DNA from: the human T2T-CHM13v2.0 reference genome, Homo sapiens
Strand: one strand, 5' to 3'
NCBI RefSeq assembly: GCF_009914755.1
Contig: NC_060927.1
DNA: 64,000 bases
The notes under the pieces are model-generated. The model was not told the DNA's origin. It saw only the letters and a program-made list of their open reading frames with translations, and ran no database searches. Of the stretch, positions 14,951 through 32,264 are shown piece after piece (within the stretch, counting starts at the first letter, position 1; every line of letters starts with the position of its first letter). A program made the position numbers and the translations under genes.

Positions 14951-17039
14951 ATGTATGCTTTTCTAAATAATGAAACTATTCAAGTGCAGTGTTATTCCAA
15001 GAGAGGCAGGTGAATGAAGGCCTGGGTTGAAAGGCCAGTGGTCTTTGTGACAGCAGGGGAGGAGTCTAGTGGTGGGGCAGATAGGCCCCGCCTTGTTTGT
15101 CTCCAAGCATGTCTTCCACCTGGGAGTTCTGTAAACTTGAGGGTTCAGTCTTTTTATAATTACTGAATGAAGGAAATTAGTCTTCTTAGAAAATATTTGA
15201 AATGAGAGTTGCAATGACGTCTGAGAAATATAAAAAATCTGTTTTTAAAAATTTCCTTGTAAGTTCTTCTTGTCCCCAAAGGCTTGTTGTGGAAGCTGTG
15301 AAACGGGTAGTAACATGGATGAAGTGGCCCAGGGCATGGCTGCCCATGGATTTGTTTATATTTTCCCTGGTGGGCCTAGGGGAGCCAGAAGGCCTTTGAG
15401 CAGAACACTGGAATTTAAATAAAACATGCATCTAGGTTGCGTATTCAACCTTTATTCTTTTTGAGCTGGCAGCTTTCCTGAGGTCCAAGGAAACTCCCGA
15501 GAGCTTCAACCACACAAGAATACTCTATGAAGTTGGCAAATATAAGACTGCAGAGAATGTCTATGAGGGAGACTTGGAGAAGGCTCTCTACCCACCAGGC
15601 TGGTTAGTTAAGCCACCCTTGGTGCCCATGCAGTGGAATAAGTAACCTAGTGCAGAGGGCTATGGGAAGGGCCCACCTTGGTCAATGCTCTGAAAATGCA
15701 AGCATTTACAGTAGGTGATAAAGAGCTACCAGGCTTCCTTTAATGATTACCTAGGACTCATTTGACATGCATACATTTACTTTTTGAATTCGAATGGATG
15801 TTCTTAATCTGCTTATAAATGAGTATGCTTCTTAAATATTTGCCTGGCTACTTTGCATTTTAGAACATTCTTAGTAAGTTATCAGAACTCACAAAAGAGT
15901 ACACTTTTTCTTTACCATAGGTGAATTATCAACAGTTGCAGATTAATGCTACCAAGAGGCTGGTAGGCTTGTGAGGAAATCAACAGAGATCTGTCCGCAG
16001 CCTGGGGAACCTATGTTGGTGGGCAGCTATCTGGTGGTAGTAGTTTTCTGCAGGGATGCCTGTGGAAGTGGACAGAGAAGGTGCCAGATCCGGGCGGGCC
16101 ACAAGTGGGAAGAGCTGATCAGAGACTTCAAGCCTGCAACCTTGGCTTTTGGGGAACTCTCAGAGTGGGCTGGCCTGAACTTTGCCTTTGACCTTGTGCT
16201 GTCTGGATGTCCACTCTTGGTGACAAAGCTTCTAACATATATGGTTAGACTATATTCTCTTCTTTACCAACACACACTACAAAGAAAGTTGAAATCATCC
16301 TCTTTTAGGCAACAGAAAGCGTAAGAAATACTCACTTATTAGTAAACGAATGAGAATTTACTGAGTATCTTAAAGTTCTCATTTGTATTTTTCCCCCACT
16401 GAAATTGTGTCTTATACAAAATTGTGTTTGTTATGCAGAATTAAGAAGTGAATACACCCACGTCTTTGGCACACATGGGTTTTTTATTTCACAATCTGTT
16501 TAATCTTTTTGCATATTCCAAGGGAGGCTCACTGTAGGAGTATGTGTGTATCTCTCTGACTTGCAGTCAAGTTATAAAAAAAATCTAGGTCTAGAGTTTG
16601 AAAGTATGTACAGGAATAAAAATAGTCGGAAAAAAATAACCAAGGATAACAAACTTATGAGAAAAGAAAGTGTTGGTTTCATTTTAATTTTCTTGCAAAG
16701 TTTGTAGAGTTCATCAGAGCTAACTCAAAGTGTCCTCCATATTACATTGATGACCATAGGGACTCACATCATTCCTTTTCTCATGGAGCTGAAATTGAGT
16801 TTCAAGTAAGGGTGTATATTTTGTTATTTAGTGACACCTTACCACACACACAAAATCCATAATTTAATAACTTGAAATATTTAAAAAATTTTCCTGGAAA
16901 TCGTCAATGGACCCTGGGGTCACTTAATGGGAAGGGAAAGTAGGGAATAATTTGATTATTTGAAGATATTCTCTCTCGCTTTTTCCTCTCTCATTTATTC
17001 ATTCATTTACTTATTTAACTTATTGTATTCTGTTTAATT

Positions 17040-18940
17040 TAAATTTTCTATTTCTATTCCCTCTCTATAAGAAACTACTCTAGGGTTTTACAATACATCC
17101 TTTTGTCTGTTGTTAAACTCTCTATTCCTTGTATTCCTGTTTGTTTTATGTGCTTGTACTTTAAGTTTATGTGAATGGTACTTGGGAATAGATCTCATTC
17201 TGTTCCTTTTTTCACTAAGCCCATTTTTAAAAGATCCATCTATGTTGCTGTGTTACATTCAATCTGTTGTTGCTAATACTACATTTTACTTCATGGAATG
17301 CTTCCCTTCCTTTTGCTTATTCAGTTGGGAGGTAATGGACTCCGAAACTGCTCTAACTCCCTGCCACTGCAAAGAATTATGGACCTTTGTGAGAATTTAT
17401 TCAGATTTATAATTTTTACCAGTTTTAACTGAGGTAAAATGATATTTCAATATTGTTGTAATTATATTCTTTGATGACTGAGTTTGTGGCAGTGTTTTGA
17501 GTTATCTTTTGTATACACCTTCTATTCATATTTTTGTCCATTCTTCTACTAGGATTGCTTTTTCTTTGCAAATGTCCCCTGTGTATTTTATATATTAGCT
17601 CCTTATTCATTTTGAACAGTGCAAATTTTTTCTCTTGATCTGTTATCTTTTAACTTTATGCACAGTATTTTTTATTGACCAGAAAGCATTACTTTTTAAG
17701 TAATCAAATATATGGAGATTTTTTTGCCTTGCAGTTTGCATACTTGGGGTTTTATTTAAGCAGGCCTTATCTATCTTTAGGTGAGAAAGATATTCTACTA
17801 CATTTTCATTTACTAAATTTATGATTTATAATTATAATTTATAATTGTATCTTTCATTTAGGTACTTATCCAAATGGAATCCACCTTTGCATATGGTGTT
17901 AGAGTCCCAGTTTTATTTCTAAATGTAATGAGTTATTTTTCTAATACTTTCTCCTAAACAATCTATCCTTTCCCCCCTAATTTATGGTGCCACCTTTATT
18001 GAATCATATATATATATATATATTTTTTTTTTTTCTTTCCTGAAATATTTTGCTCTATTTCTATTTGTTCGCATTTTCTCTAAAATTAAACTGTATTTTG
18101 TAATTATAGCTTTTGTAAATTCCCAATCTTTTTTCCTTTGGTGGACCTCTATTTGTTTATAGAGGTGATCAAGATCATTAAGTGCCTAAAAGATCAGGTG
18201 GAATTTTCATAGTGATTGCCTCTGCAATACAATAATTGTAAATACATATAATTTGTAGATCATTTGGTAAAGAATTTACATGCCTACAATGTAATCCTAT
18301 TCAAGACCATGGGATGCAACTTCATTCTGTGCCTCTATTTTCTTTGTACTTTATTAAACTTAAAAAATTTTTCTGCATAGTAAATTGTTAGTTAAACTCT
18401 CTGGATACTTTAAGCTTTTCTATTGCTGTTATGAAGGTAATATTATTTTTATTATATTTTCTAGTTGGTTACTGAGTTTGAAAGAATGACTTTTGACTTT
18501 TGTAAGTTGATCTTGCATCCAACAACTTTGCTTAACTGTATTAGTTCTAATTGTTTGTTGCATTTCTATATTGGGGATTGTATCATCCACAAATAGTCTC
18601 CTATCTCTTTTTTAAAAATCATAACATCTCTTCCTTTTTGTCCTCCCTTAACTTCTAGAACTATTTTTTAAGACTTCCAATACTGTGCTAAACAATATGG
18701 AGATAGTGCACATACTTGTGGTTTTCACTTTCTCCAATCTTAGAAAAAATCCATTTCCTTATATTCCTAATTCTCTTCTCTTCTATGATTTGCTAAAAGA
18801 TTTATTTTTCCATAAATAGTTGCTGAACATTATCAAATTCTTTTCCTGCATCAACTGAGGCAATTGTATATTATTCTTTCCCTTTCAGTCTATTAATGAG
18901 GTCCCATTACTTCTGGGATAAACCCTACTCTAGCTTGATG
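17040..18940 (-). mobile_element. Old L1M fragment (3' end and ORF2)
   Basis: Antisense L1 motifs (ttttgtaagttgatcttgcatccaacaactttgc; gacttccaatactgtgctaaac); boundaries approximate. Confidence 0.7.
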
Positions 18941-18942
18941 TA

Positions 18943-19071
18943 ATTTATTTATTTAAGAGATGAGGTCTTGCTATGTTGCCCAGGTTGGCCTTGAACTCCT
19001 GGGCTTAAGCAATCCTCCTGCTTCAGCCTCCCAAGTAGCTGGTACGACAGTCATGCACCACCGCACCCAGC
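18943..19071 (-). mobile_element. FLAM (free left Alu monomer)
   Basis: gagatgaggtcttgctatgttgcccagg...gcaccaccgcacccagc; single monomer of about 130 bp. Confidence 0.85.
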
Positions 19072-19960
19072 TTAAGAACCAGTTTAAGTATCAGTTCAAA
19101 CACCATGTTTTTTTTGGTAAAGCCTTTCTAATCTACCTCTTCTTGCTTCCTGACCCCCATCTCTTTTGTTCACAGATCACCTTGTTATATCACTGCTGTG
19201 GAATTTATAGTGGTCTTGCTTATTGCTATTCCTTTTCTCACATACCATTAGTTGGGGAGACATCTTAAGAATAGAATAATGTCTTATTTTTGAAGCAGTT
19301 TATTAAGGTATAATTTGCATACCACAAAAATCACCTGTTATAAGTTTAAATTCGGTGCTTTTTAGTAAATTTATAGAGTTTGTGAAACCATCAACATAGA
19401 CCAATTTTAGAACATTTTCAGCCTAAAATATTCCTTCCTGTTAGTTTGCAGTCAGTTCCTCCTCCCGACACCAGCCTCAGGCAATCACTTATCTGGTGTG
19501 TTTGTCTCTATAAATTTGTCTTTTCTGGACATTTAGTATAAATGGAAACATATATTGCCTTTTGTGTTGGGCTTCTCTCACTTAGTACAATGATTTTAAA
19601 GTTTATCCATGTTGTAGGATGAATTGATAGTTTGGTAATAAACATTTGTGTATAAGCCTTTGTGTGAAAATGTGTTTTCATTTCTCTTGAGTAGTTTCCT
19701 AGGAGTGAAATTGCTGAGTCACTTGGTAAGTTTATGTTTAACATTTCAAGAAACTGGCAAACTCATTTTCAAACAGGCTGTACCAATTCACATCTCCACC
19801 AACAACATAAGAAAGTTCCAGTCTTTCTACATCTTCAACAACACTTGGTATTGTTTCTCTTTTTGAGTGTAGAAATTCTAGCGGATGTGTAGTGGTATTT
19901 AGTTGTGTTTTCAATTTCCATTTCCCTAATGACTGAAATTGTTGAGCAAGCTTTTCCCAG

Positions 19961-20348
19961 TGTGTCATGTGGCCCCTGAGGTGTATAACCCAGGGCTGGC
20001 TGCGTTTCAGGATCCCTCAGCTGTGGTGCAGGTGGAGCTTGCACAGTCAAGACTCCATCCACCCCAGGCAGCTTTCGTGAGTCTTGGGGGATTGGCTCAC
20101 CGTGCATCTTCTCCTTGGTTTGTCCCACATTACCTCTCTGTAACTTATAAATCCACTTCATACAACTTGTTGAGTGTTAGTGTGTTCTGCCTCACTGGAC
20201 TCAGGCATTGGTAACACTTCAGCCCAGGATGAAGTGGGCATAAGTGTTTGGACTCCTATTTTTGGTGATTGGCATAGTGATGATTTTTGCTGCTTCCATG
20301 CAGTGGGAGTCCTTTCTTGGGAATTGTTATTAATGAACCTGATTCACA
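19961..20348 (+). mobile_element. ERVL LTR fragment (MER74/MER54-like)
   Basis: GC-richer insert in an AT-rich L1; ends tgaacctgattcaca, like the gtgaacctgcttcaca terminus of this family; internal ccccaggcagctttc motif. Confidence 0.6.
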
Positions 20349-21624
20349 CCTTCCTCCTTCCCTTCCTAGCTCCATTTCTTTCTTTATTTTCCATATTTCA
20401 CTGGCTAGAACCTCTAATGCAATGTTGTATAGCAGTGGCAAGGGTGGACATGCTTGCCTTGTTCTCAACCTTTGGGGGAAGCATTCTGTCTTTAGTGTTA
20501 AGCATGTTGGCTATAGCTTTTCCATGATGTACTTTCTCAGTTTGAGGAAGTTCCCTTCTATGTTGAATTTTTTGGAGTTTTGAAAAATTAAAAATAAATT
20601 ATGAATGGGTATTGGATTTTGTCAAATGCTTTTTCTGCAGTTGATGAACTGATTATATTTTTGTTTTTATTTTATTAATAGGTTACATTACATTAATTGT
20701 TTTTTGGGTGTTCAACCAATCTTGCATTCCATATATAAATCCCACTTGGCCATGGTGTGTAATTCTTTTATATGCTACTGGACTTGGATTTATAACATTT
20801 TGTTAAAATTTTTTGTGTCTATGTTCCTGAGGGATATTGATATACAATTTTCTTGTGATGTTTTTGTCTTGCTTTGGTATCACAGAAATACTTATATAAT
20901 GAATGAACTGACGTGTTCCCTCTTCTGTTATTTCCTGAAATAATTGATGAAGGATTGATATTATTTGTTCTTTAAACATTTAATAGAACTCACCAGTGAA
21001 ACCATCTGGGGGTTTCCTTGTGGTAAGACTTAAAATTACTACTTCAATTTCTTCACTTGGTATAGGTCTATTTGGATTTTCCATTTCTTTCTAAGTTTGG
21101 TAATTTGCGTCTTTCTAAGAATCTGCTCATTTCATCTAAATTGTCCAATTTGTTTGCAAAAAGTTGTTTATAATATTGCCTTATACTCCTTTTATTTTCC
21201 CTAGGGTTAATAATGATATTATCTCTTTCATTTATTTTGGTAACTTGTGTCATCTCCCTTTTTTTTCTTGTTTGTTCTAGCTGAGAGGTTGGTCAATTTT
21301 ATTGATCATTTTAAAGAATCAGTTTTGGTTTGAGTTCTCTATTGTTTTTCTGTTTTCTATTTCATTGATTTTTCATTCTAATCTTTATTATTTCCTTTCT
21401 TTTGCTTGCTTTGGTTTAAGTTTGTTCTTTTTCTAATTTTATAAGGTAGAAATCTATGTTATTGATTTGATAACTTTTTCTTTTCCCATGTAGGTATTCT
21501 GATATAGAATGTAGTTTTAGCTGCATCCCAAAAATTTTGATGGATTATATTTTCATTTTCTTTCAATTCAAAATATTTTCTAATTTCCCCTTTGATCTAT
21601 TCTTTGATCCATATATTTCGTTAA

Positions 21625-24221
<2,597 letters not shown>

Positions 24222-26475
24222 AAGAAAAGCATGTTGTTTAATTTCCAAATATTTGGGGATTTCTCAGATTTCTTTCTTTTTTTGATTTCTACTTTAATTC
24301 TGTTGTATTCAGAATTGTACTTTGGATGATATTAATTTTAAATTAAAATTTTATTGAGATTTGTTTCATGACCCAGCATGTGATTTGTGTTGGGAAATGT
24401 GTCAGGTATACTTGAAAGGAGTATATATTATGCTGTCATTAAATGATGTATTCTGTAAATGTCAGTGAGGTTAGATTGGTTGATAAAATTGTTTAATTTG
24501 TCTTTATCTTTACTTACTATTGAGTTGCCTTATCAATGATTAAGAGTGAGACATTGATAGTTCTGACTCTTATTTTGAAGTTTTCTATTTCTCTTTTCTA
24601 TTCTGTTAGTTTTTGCTTTACGTATTTTAGGGTTCTGTTATTAGCTGTGGATGCACTTATAATTGTTATGTCTTCTTGATGTATTGACCCTTCTATCATT
24701 ATAAAATATTTTTTGTTGTCTCTAATAATATTTTTTTGTGTAACTCTATTTTATTTTTTAAAATATAGCCACTCTTGCTCTCTTATGATTATTTTATGCA
24801 TGACATTTATTTATTTTCCCAACCTTTTACTTTCAACCTGCTGTGTCTTTGAATATAAAGTGTGTTTCTTGTAGACAGAAGAGTTTGATCTTACTTATTT
24901 ATCTTGTCTGATAATCTCTGCCTTTGAAGTGTTGTTGTTTAGTCTATTCACATTTAGTGACATTATTGGTATGGCTGGATTTATGTCTGCCATTTTGCTA
25001 CATTTTCTATGTATATCACATTTTTCTATGTATATCACATTTTTTCTCCTCATTCCTCCTTTACTACCTTCTTTTGGGTTAATACATATTTCTTAGCATA
25101 CCAATTTAATTGATCCTTTTCTATAATTTTTGAATTATTTTCTTAATGGTTGCTCTAAGGATTATAATATCTATTTTAATTTATTGTAATCTGTTTCAGA
25201 TTAATACTAAATATAATAAATTTTGGAAATTACTTCACTATAACTCCTTTCCTGTCCTATCATTTGTGCTAGTATTGTCATATGTATCACATCAATATAG
25301 TAACCTGCTTATTACTTTATATAGCCTATCTTTTAAAGAAGAGAAAAAAGATAAAATAATATATTTATAGCATCTTTTATTTTTCCCAGATATTTACCAG
25401 TTCTGGTAGTCTTTATTTCTTCCTGTGGATTTCAGTTCATTATCTGGTATTTCTCAGTCTAAAGACTACCCAAGGTAATTCTTGTAGGGAACATCTGGTT
25501 GTAATAAATTTTCTTGGTGTTTATTTTTCTTTTTTAAAAAATAAGTCATTAATCTCTATTTTACTTGTTTCTTTTGAAGGATAGTTTTTTTTTTCAGAAA
25601 TTTAAATATAAAATTAAATTAGTATTTACATTGCTACTTTCAACATTTTGTCTTTGAATTTTGACAGTTTGACTATAATGTAGCAATGAATCTCATTATT
25701 TTTATTCTACTTGACATTCATTGAACTTCTTGGATCTGTAGGTTGTTTTAAGTTGAATTTGGGAAGTTCTGAACATTATTTTATCAGAAGTGCTTTTTTG
25801 CCCTTTTTATTTGTTTTTCTTCCAAAGGGACTCTCATCACATCTATGCTGGTGTGCTTGATGACGTCCTGTCATCTCTGAGGTTTGTCAATTTTTCCTCA
25901 GTCTTTATTCTCTCCCTCAAGTTGAATAATTTCAATGGATTTTTCTTTAAGCTCGTTTATTCTTTCTTCTTTCACTTAAAATCTGCTGTTTAGCCCTCTG
26001 GTGAACTTTTTTATTTGTTATTATCTTTTTACTTCCAGAATTTTTGTTTGGTTCTTGTTTATATTTTCTATCTTTTGAGATTCTCTAGTTTTAGGCAATT
26101 GTTGTTATGTTTTTCTTTAATTCTTTAAACATACTTTCTTTTTATTCTTTGAACATACTTATAACAATAGTTTGTAATTTTTATTTGCAAAATCCAACAT
26201 CTGGGGACACTTAGAGACAATTTTTATTGCCTACTTTTCTCCTGATGTAAGTTGTAGTTTTCTATTTATTTTTATGTCTCTTTTTTTTGGTTAAAACTAG
26301 AAATTTCAGGTAAAATATTGTAGCAAATATTCTGATTTGCTATAGAATCAGAATTATGATTTTCTTCTTCCTTGGGGTTTCTATTTGTTTAGTAACCTTT
26401 CTATAAAATCTGTCTATGTTGTAGTATTTGGCAGATGATGTTTTTGCTCACTTGAACAAAATATATTTCTTATTT

Positions 26476-26760
26476 ATTTATTTGAGAGTGAGACTCACTG
26501 TTATTCAGTCTGGAGTGCAGTAGCGCAATCTCTGATCACTGCAACCTCTGCCTTTTGGTGCAAGCGATTCTCACATCTCAGCCTGCCGAGTAGCTAGGAT
26601 TACAGGCATGCGCCACCACGCCTGGCTAATTTTTGTATTTTAGTAGAGACGGGGTTTCACCATGTTGGCCAGGCTGGTCTTGAACTCCTGACCTTAGATG
26701 ATCCACTGCCTCGGCCTCCCAAAGTGCTAGGATTACAGGCTTGAGCCACCACGCCTGGCC
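26476..26760 (-). mobile_element. AluS-type SINE
   Basis: Full Alu reverse complement; TSD tatttcttattt on both sides. Confidence 0.93.
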
Positions 26761-27717
26761 TATTTCTTATTTTTAATTTTAAAGTCTGGCTTCCTAGGGC
26801 TTGTCCTTGTGTCTGCATAGCTTACTGGCCACCCAGTGATTTTCTGGAAGTTGCATTTATACATCTTTAGCCAGTAAGGCTTCCACCCAATGCTGATGGA
26901 TCTGTGGTTTCAAGAGTGCATTCAAAGTTTAGGCAGTTTTAAACTCTGCCCTGGCTTTAACTTTTCATAAGGCTTTCTCTGATTTCGTTTGCACATACAT
27001 GCCAGCTCCAGGTTAACCAACACTATGTGGAAAACTTATCAGGTATCTTTATGAGTGTCTCATTTATTGTATTTTCCTATTGAATTTCTGGCTAGTCTTC
27101 TGGTCTGATGCTTGCCCCTAATAGGATGGTAACCACAGACTATTGTAATGGCTGACCTTCCCTGTTTGCTCATCATTGAAATTGGTACTTCTCATTCAGT
27201 GGGTATCAGGTGTTTACCTTTAGCTCCAAGTCAAGTCATCCTTTTCTGGCGATGAAGCTGTTGGTTATTCACAAGCTGTCCCAAGTAGTTCTGTTAGAAC
27301 TACTGTGCTAACTTAATTTGGGACCACGAGGGGAGGCTGATGGGAACAACCCCAGACAAATACACTACAAATTTCTGTTCTTATTTAAAGTCAATGGTTT
27401 TTCATGAATACATTCTTCTGAGTTTGTTGTAAGCCTTTGCTCAATTTCCAGGGTCCTGAATGGCTATTTTGGTGATACTGTCCAGTTTTTGAGTTGTTTT
27501 CAGGAAGAGGATTTGGTGACTTTCTCCTTCAGTCATGCCAGAAGTTTTACCTTCTATCCTTTGTTTTTGTATCTCAAAACACTATTTTCTTAATTTTTGC
27601 ACAAACAGTTCTCAATCTATGATAATTGACTTTGATATTTAAAATGTGATTTGTCTTAAAGTTTAATTCCAGGTAATCTTCTTAACGTTGAGAGCTTGCT
27701 GTCAGAGAAAAAAATAG

Positions 27718-28268
27718 CAGTTGAATCTCTCTTAATCAACCTCCACTAAACCAATTCACTAGATTAACTGATGTAATTGTGTAATTTAATTAAATATTAC
27801 ATAAACCAATGAACATCAAGTATAAAAAGAGAGCTGTTTCTATGAAAACAAAATTGCATGCTTTGAAAAGACTCAAATAAGTGTGAGTTGCTAAAAATTG
27901 CTGTTGAATTAGGTGTGGGTGAGACAACTATAACTGTGGAAAAATAAAAGAATATGGGAGGCTTTTGCACTCAGATTGCTTCATAAATGTCCTTACATTT
28001 TCCATTTGTTTTAAAGAAATGGAAGTGGGAAATTGCAGATGGATTATGAAAGTGGTTTTTGAAGAAAGATGATGAAGAATTTTTATCAATGTTATAATAT
28101 CCAAAGAAAATACCTTGACCCTCTATAAAATGTTAGCAGAAATACAGCATGTTTATGTTATACTAGGGTATTATGCACTACTTTTATTTTTATGATTCTC
28201 TGCTTTAGACAAGTTTTTGGTTAACCAAATTATTATTAGTCCCAATGAGAAAAGTGGTTTCTCTATTC
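27718..28268 (+). mobile_element. TcMar-Tigger-type DNA transposon relic with degenerate transposase N-terminus
   Basis: cagttgaatctctcttaa TIR-like start; degenerate coding remnant ...MKTKLHALKRL...KIAVELGVGETTI resembling the CENP-B/pogo N-terminal HTH. Confidence 0.6.
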
Positions 28269-30297
28269 TCCCATCACTCCAGGGACCTAGGGAGACCTTG
28301 GTTAGGCGGGCTGCCCGCTGACTGCCCAGGATGCTTCCCCTGACTCTGCAGTTGGCCTCTTGAGTTAGCTCAGGGCTCACCCCTCCATTTCCCACTCCAT
28401 ACTGGAGGAAAAGAAGTACAGATTCAGGTTAGGGCCATGGGTAGTTTGGAGCCATTTTGCCACATCAGGGAATCTTTAGAGAGAGGAGCAATGAGCCTCA
28501 ACCTCTTTCTCCTGTTTGGTAACTCTTGGTGCTTTCATGCTAATAATGCTGTGAGGAGGTCTGGGGCTGCTCCTCCATGGGGACTGTGTCCATCTTGGGA
28601 AGGCCCAGGAGTGAGCAGCTTTATAAGTTAGGGAGAAATAGTATCATTCCCTTGATTTTTTCTTCCAGGGTTAAGATTAGCTAGTGGTTGAAGATTAAGA
28701 GATAGACCAACCAAGGGCCTGCATCCAGGGCACAGAAGCAGCCCTTTGAGTGACAAGGGGACAGGTGGTCAAGCTCAACTTACTGGAACAGTGTTTTTAG
28801 ACAGGAGGGGTTAAAGGCAGAAAACTTGTGGCAATAACAGTGTGCATTCATCTCGAGTGTTTTCTTGTCTTCTTTCCCTCAAGCACCTGTGGTGACCCCA
28901 AAGTGCCTGGCCAATGAATCACACATTTGGATTCTATATCAAGTGTTTCTCATCATCAAGGAGACAGATGTGAATACCCCGTTTCCAACTGTGTGCATTG
29001 GAGTTTATTCATCCCAAGTCCTATTCCTTAGCTAACCTGAAAACATATTCAGACTAAAAAACGAGGGTATCGTGCCCTAAAATCTTTTTTTGAATAGATA
29101 AGTCTTTTGAAGACAGAAAAGGGTAACAGGAATGTGGGGTTCTAGGCTCTGATGTTAATTGATGGGGGAGAAAAGTTCAGGTTGGTAAGTCTTGCAGTGT
29201 GACTCAAACCATCTTACACAGGAAGCTGCTCAGTTTGTCTAGATTCTAGGCTAAGGCAGAGGTAGTTGTAGTGGCCACTATAAGAGGAATGAGGCTCAGA
29301 GAAATTAAGTGAAATCTGTAACAATTTTGAATATCTGATTATCTTGATAATGGATTGGGAGATCACAGGAAACTTTTATGTGTTGTTCCAAAGCATTGAG
29401 CACATTGAAATCTACATATACACATCCATTAAAAACATGGTATGGAAAGGGCAGAACTTTAGTATTCTTTACTGTATGTAAAGCCTCATAGTTTAGCTGA
29501 AATAAGCTTTGTACTTTGTATTTGTTTCTGAAGTCTCAATCTAGGTCTTGGTTATCAGACTTTTTTTCTGCAATAAAGAAACCAATGAAGCTTTGAATGA
29601 ACAACAACAACAAAAAGATCTTAGGAAGACAATGTGGCCACTCGTACTCCAGCCACATTCAACTCGGGAGAAAAATATTAATAAGGGTGCTGAGAGCAGT
29701 TCCAGTGATCCTCAAGGGCTTATGGCTTTTAGAAGGGCAAAAGTTTGGCATAAAACTTGCTAGGGAGCCAGGGACCAAAAGGCTACAAGTTTCTGCAGAG
29801 TCAGAGCACAGCCTTTCTGCATCCTGGGGCTTGGCTTGCCTCCTACCCTTTCTTGCTTCCTGCACCACTCTGTATTCTTCCCATTCCCAACCCTTCCACC
29901 ACAGGCTTTTGGCACCATTACCCAATAAGATAGGAGAGAAAAAAGCCAGTAGAAGGCTGGGAGGTGCGCAGGAGTCCCTTTGGAATGGGTTTCCCTCCTT
30001 CCCTCTTTGAAAATGAAGGAAGTGCCTCAAAGAAAACAACACTTTGTTCCCTTCTCTCATCTCACACGGTCTGAAATTTGCTTTCTTCCAAACAATACCC
30101 AATTCTTTTATTTGTGTTTCCTTTCTGGCCCTCTATTTATACAAGGTATTTCTATTGTTTTTCTTGCCGTCTCTCTCTTTCTGGTGCTGCCTCTGACTCT
30201 GTTTCTTCCTCCTCTTCCTTTTTCTCCCTCTAGTTTCTAGCTTGTATCTGGCCCTGCTGAGAAAACATAATACTGTCTTATTTGTGATTCTGCAGTC

Positions 30298-30311
30298 ATT
30301 TCCATGGCAAC
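30298..30311. promoter_or_regulatory. Near-consensus RFX X-box (atttccatggcaac)
   Basis: Matches GTTNCCATGGNAAC at all defined positions except the first; lies in repeat-free DNA; motif only, no functional evidence. Confidence 0.35.
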
Positions 30312-32264
30312 CGACCCATGGCCCAGGTATGAGTCTGTGCCTTCGCCATAGTACTGTTCAAGAGAAAAGGCCTTTATTAAAGCTGAGTGCCAGCAGTTTC
30401 CCTCCTGCAGCCCTTGCCAAGAGAGGAATTTCTTCAGGACTCAAAGAAGGGACACAGAAGTCAAACACAGGGTTCCCAGGTTTCTCAAAATTTCTCCAGT
30501 GTAAATGAACCCCCCTCAGCCTGCCTCACGTACATGCACACGTAGGCACACCCACACACACAGGCACACACCACTTCTATTTCTGGACCTATAGCCACAG
30601 AGGGTATTTTTCTTTTGAAGGGAATCAGCTTTGATGCTGTGGCCTGGAACAAAAGCTTATGTTTGAAATGAGAGATGGGCTCAGCTGTTTAAGCCTCCTG
30701 TGTGTAGAATGCGGGGTTGGGAGAGAGCTGGGACAATGGCAAGGACAAGGATGGATAAAGCTTATGAGGGTCGTGATGTGGGAATATGGAAAAGATTTTA
30801 GAGCCCCTAACTCAATGATGAACAAGAGAGATAGGGAGAAAAAAGGATTTCGATGGAGTTTTTAAAACAGGAGCTCGTGAAATGTTTGCTATTGTGTAAT
30901 GTGACTTATACACAGTAAAATGATATGACATGACAAGGGAGAATTACATCTTTCCTCAGGTGCCTCTCTCCCATTTTCTGCCCTTTTTCTGTGGATCACT
31001 ACGTTTTGTTCCCTTTCACTTTTGTCTGGGTCAAAGGAATATCATTTTGGGAAGATGCTAGAAACAGTCTATTTCTAAGGCCCCTCTTCCCTCCTTTGCC
31101 CTCCCTCCCACTGGAGCGCTTGAATCCAGATAAAGAGAAGACAAAGGAAGGGTCTCTCTCCCATCCCTCCTGAGAAATGTCTGCACATTAAAAACAAATG
31201 GAACCTGCTTACAACCTGGAGCCAAGAGGGTGTTCCGGGTTTCTACTACAACCAAGATGAGTTAATCTTTATTAAGCAGATGTATAGAGGACCAGCTTGT
31301 CTCCATAACATCTCCACGGCCTTCCGCTTCCCATTTCTTTTATTGATCTGCCTGTCTAAATGAGTACTTCTAAACTCGGTGGGAGTTTTCCAATTAGATA
31401 AAAGGCAATTCATGTCGCCTGCTGCCTCCGTGCTGCACTAACAGCCCCAAACTAAGAGAGCATATTCAAGACTTCTTGGCAGAACAACCTGCTTTAATCA
31501 AGGCGGCCCCCTCCTGAGCGCCCTCATCTGCAGGACATTTCTCTGAATATGTGAAGGTTTTCTTTATTGGAGGTTGAGAAAAATGGGCTTCTTTTCCAGG
31601 AGTGGGGGTTTCAAGGTACCCTGTGTAGTTAATGAAGAAGTGCATAGGCCCACTCTCTGGGCTGGTGTTTCAGAAAAGGCATTTTGGCAAGCCTTTTTGG
31701 AACAAACTACAACTTGAGGATCTTCAGATGTGTGAGACTTCTGCTAGGAGCAGACCTTGCGGCTTTGGACTCTCACAGCCTCCTGGGGTCCTCCTGTGCC
31801 TGGATGAGTTGTAGCTCAGGTAGGCAGTGTTCTAAGGGCTCCATCTGCTGTGAGGAGGGCCAAAGAGAGGATGGAGGGGTGGTGCCACAGAAGTGAGCCC
31901 TTCTATCCCAGGCTGTGCATCATTGTCCATTGGCGAATACAGGTGGTCCAAAGCCTGGACACCAGCAGGGGCCTCCCATGACCCACTGTAGCTGGTCCAA
32001 GCCTTCTGCCTGAAGTTCAAGGTCTTTTTGCAAGGCAGCCTTGCCTCTTCTCCTTCTTAACCCTCTCTGTCCTGGCCTGGCTCATCTTCCACATAGCTAG
32101 GCTGGTATATTTTGTGACTTTGGGTCATCCTTTTTTTCTACCTTAAAGGGCTGCCCTCCTCACCCAGAGAAGGAAAGTCTCAGCTTTCCATCTCTCTTCC
32201 ACCTCCAGGTTTCTTTCATCCTGTTAGTATTGTCTCACTTATTGCTTGGTCACTAATTAGAGCT

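Noticed and set aside
15905-15968. Possible small exon (ttttctttaccatag|GTGAATT...GCTG|gtaggc)
   Set aside because: Splice-like motifs alone are common; no partner exons or coding signal were found.
25000-25045. ~19-bp tandem duplication in the old L1
   Set aside because: Ordinary slippage event with no further structure.
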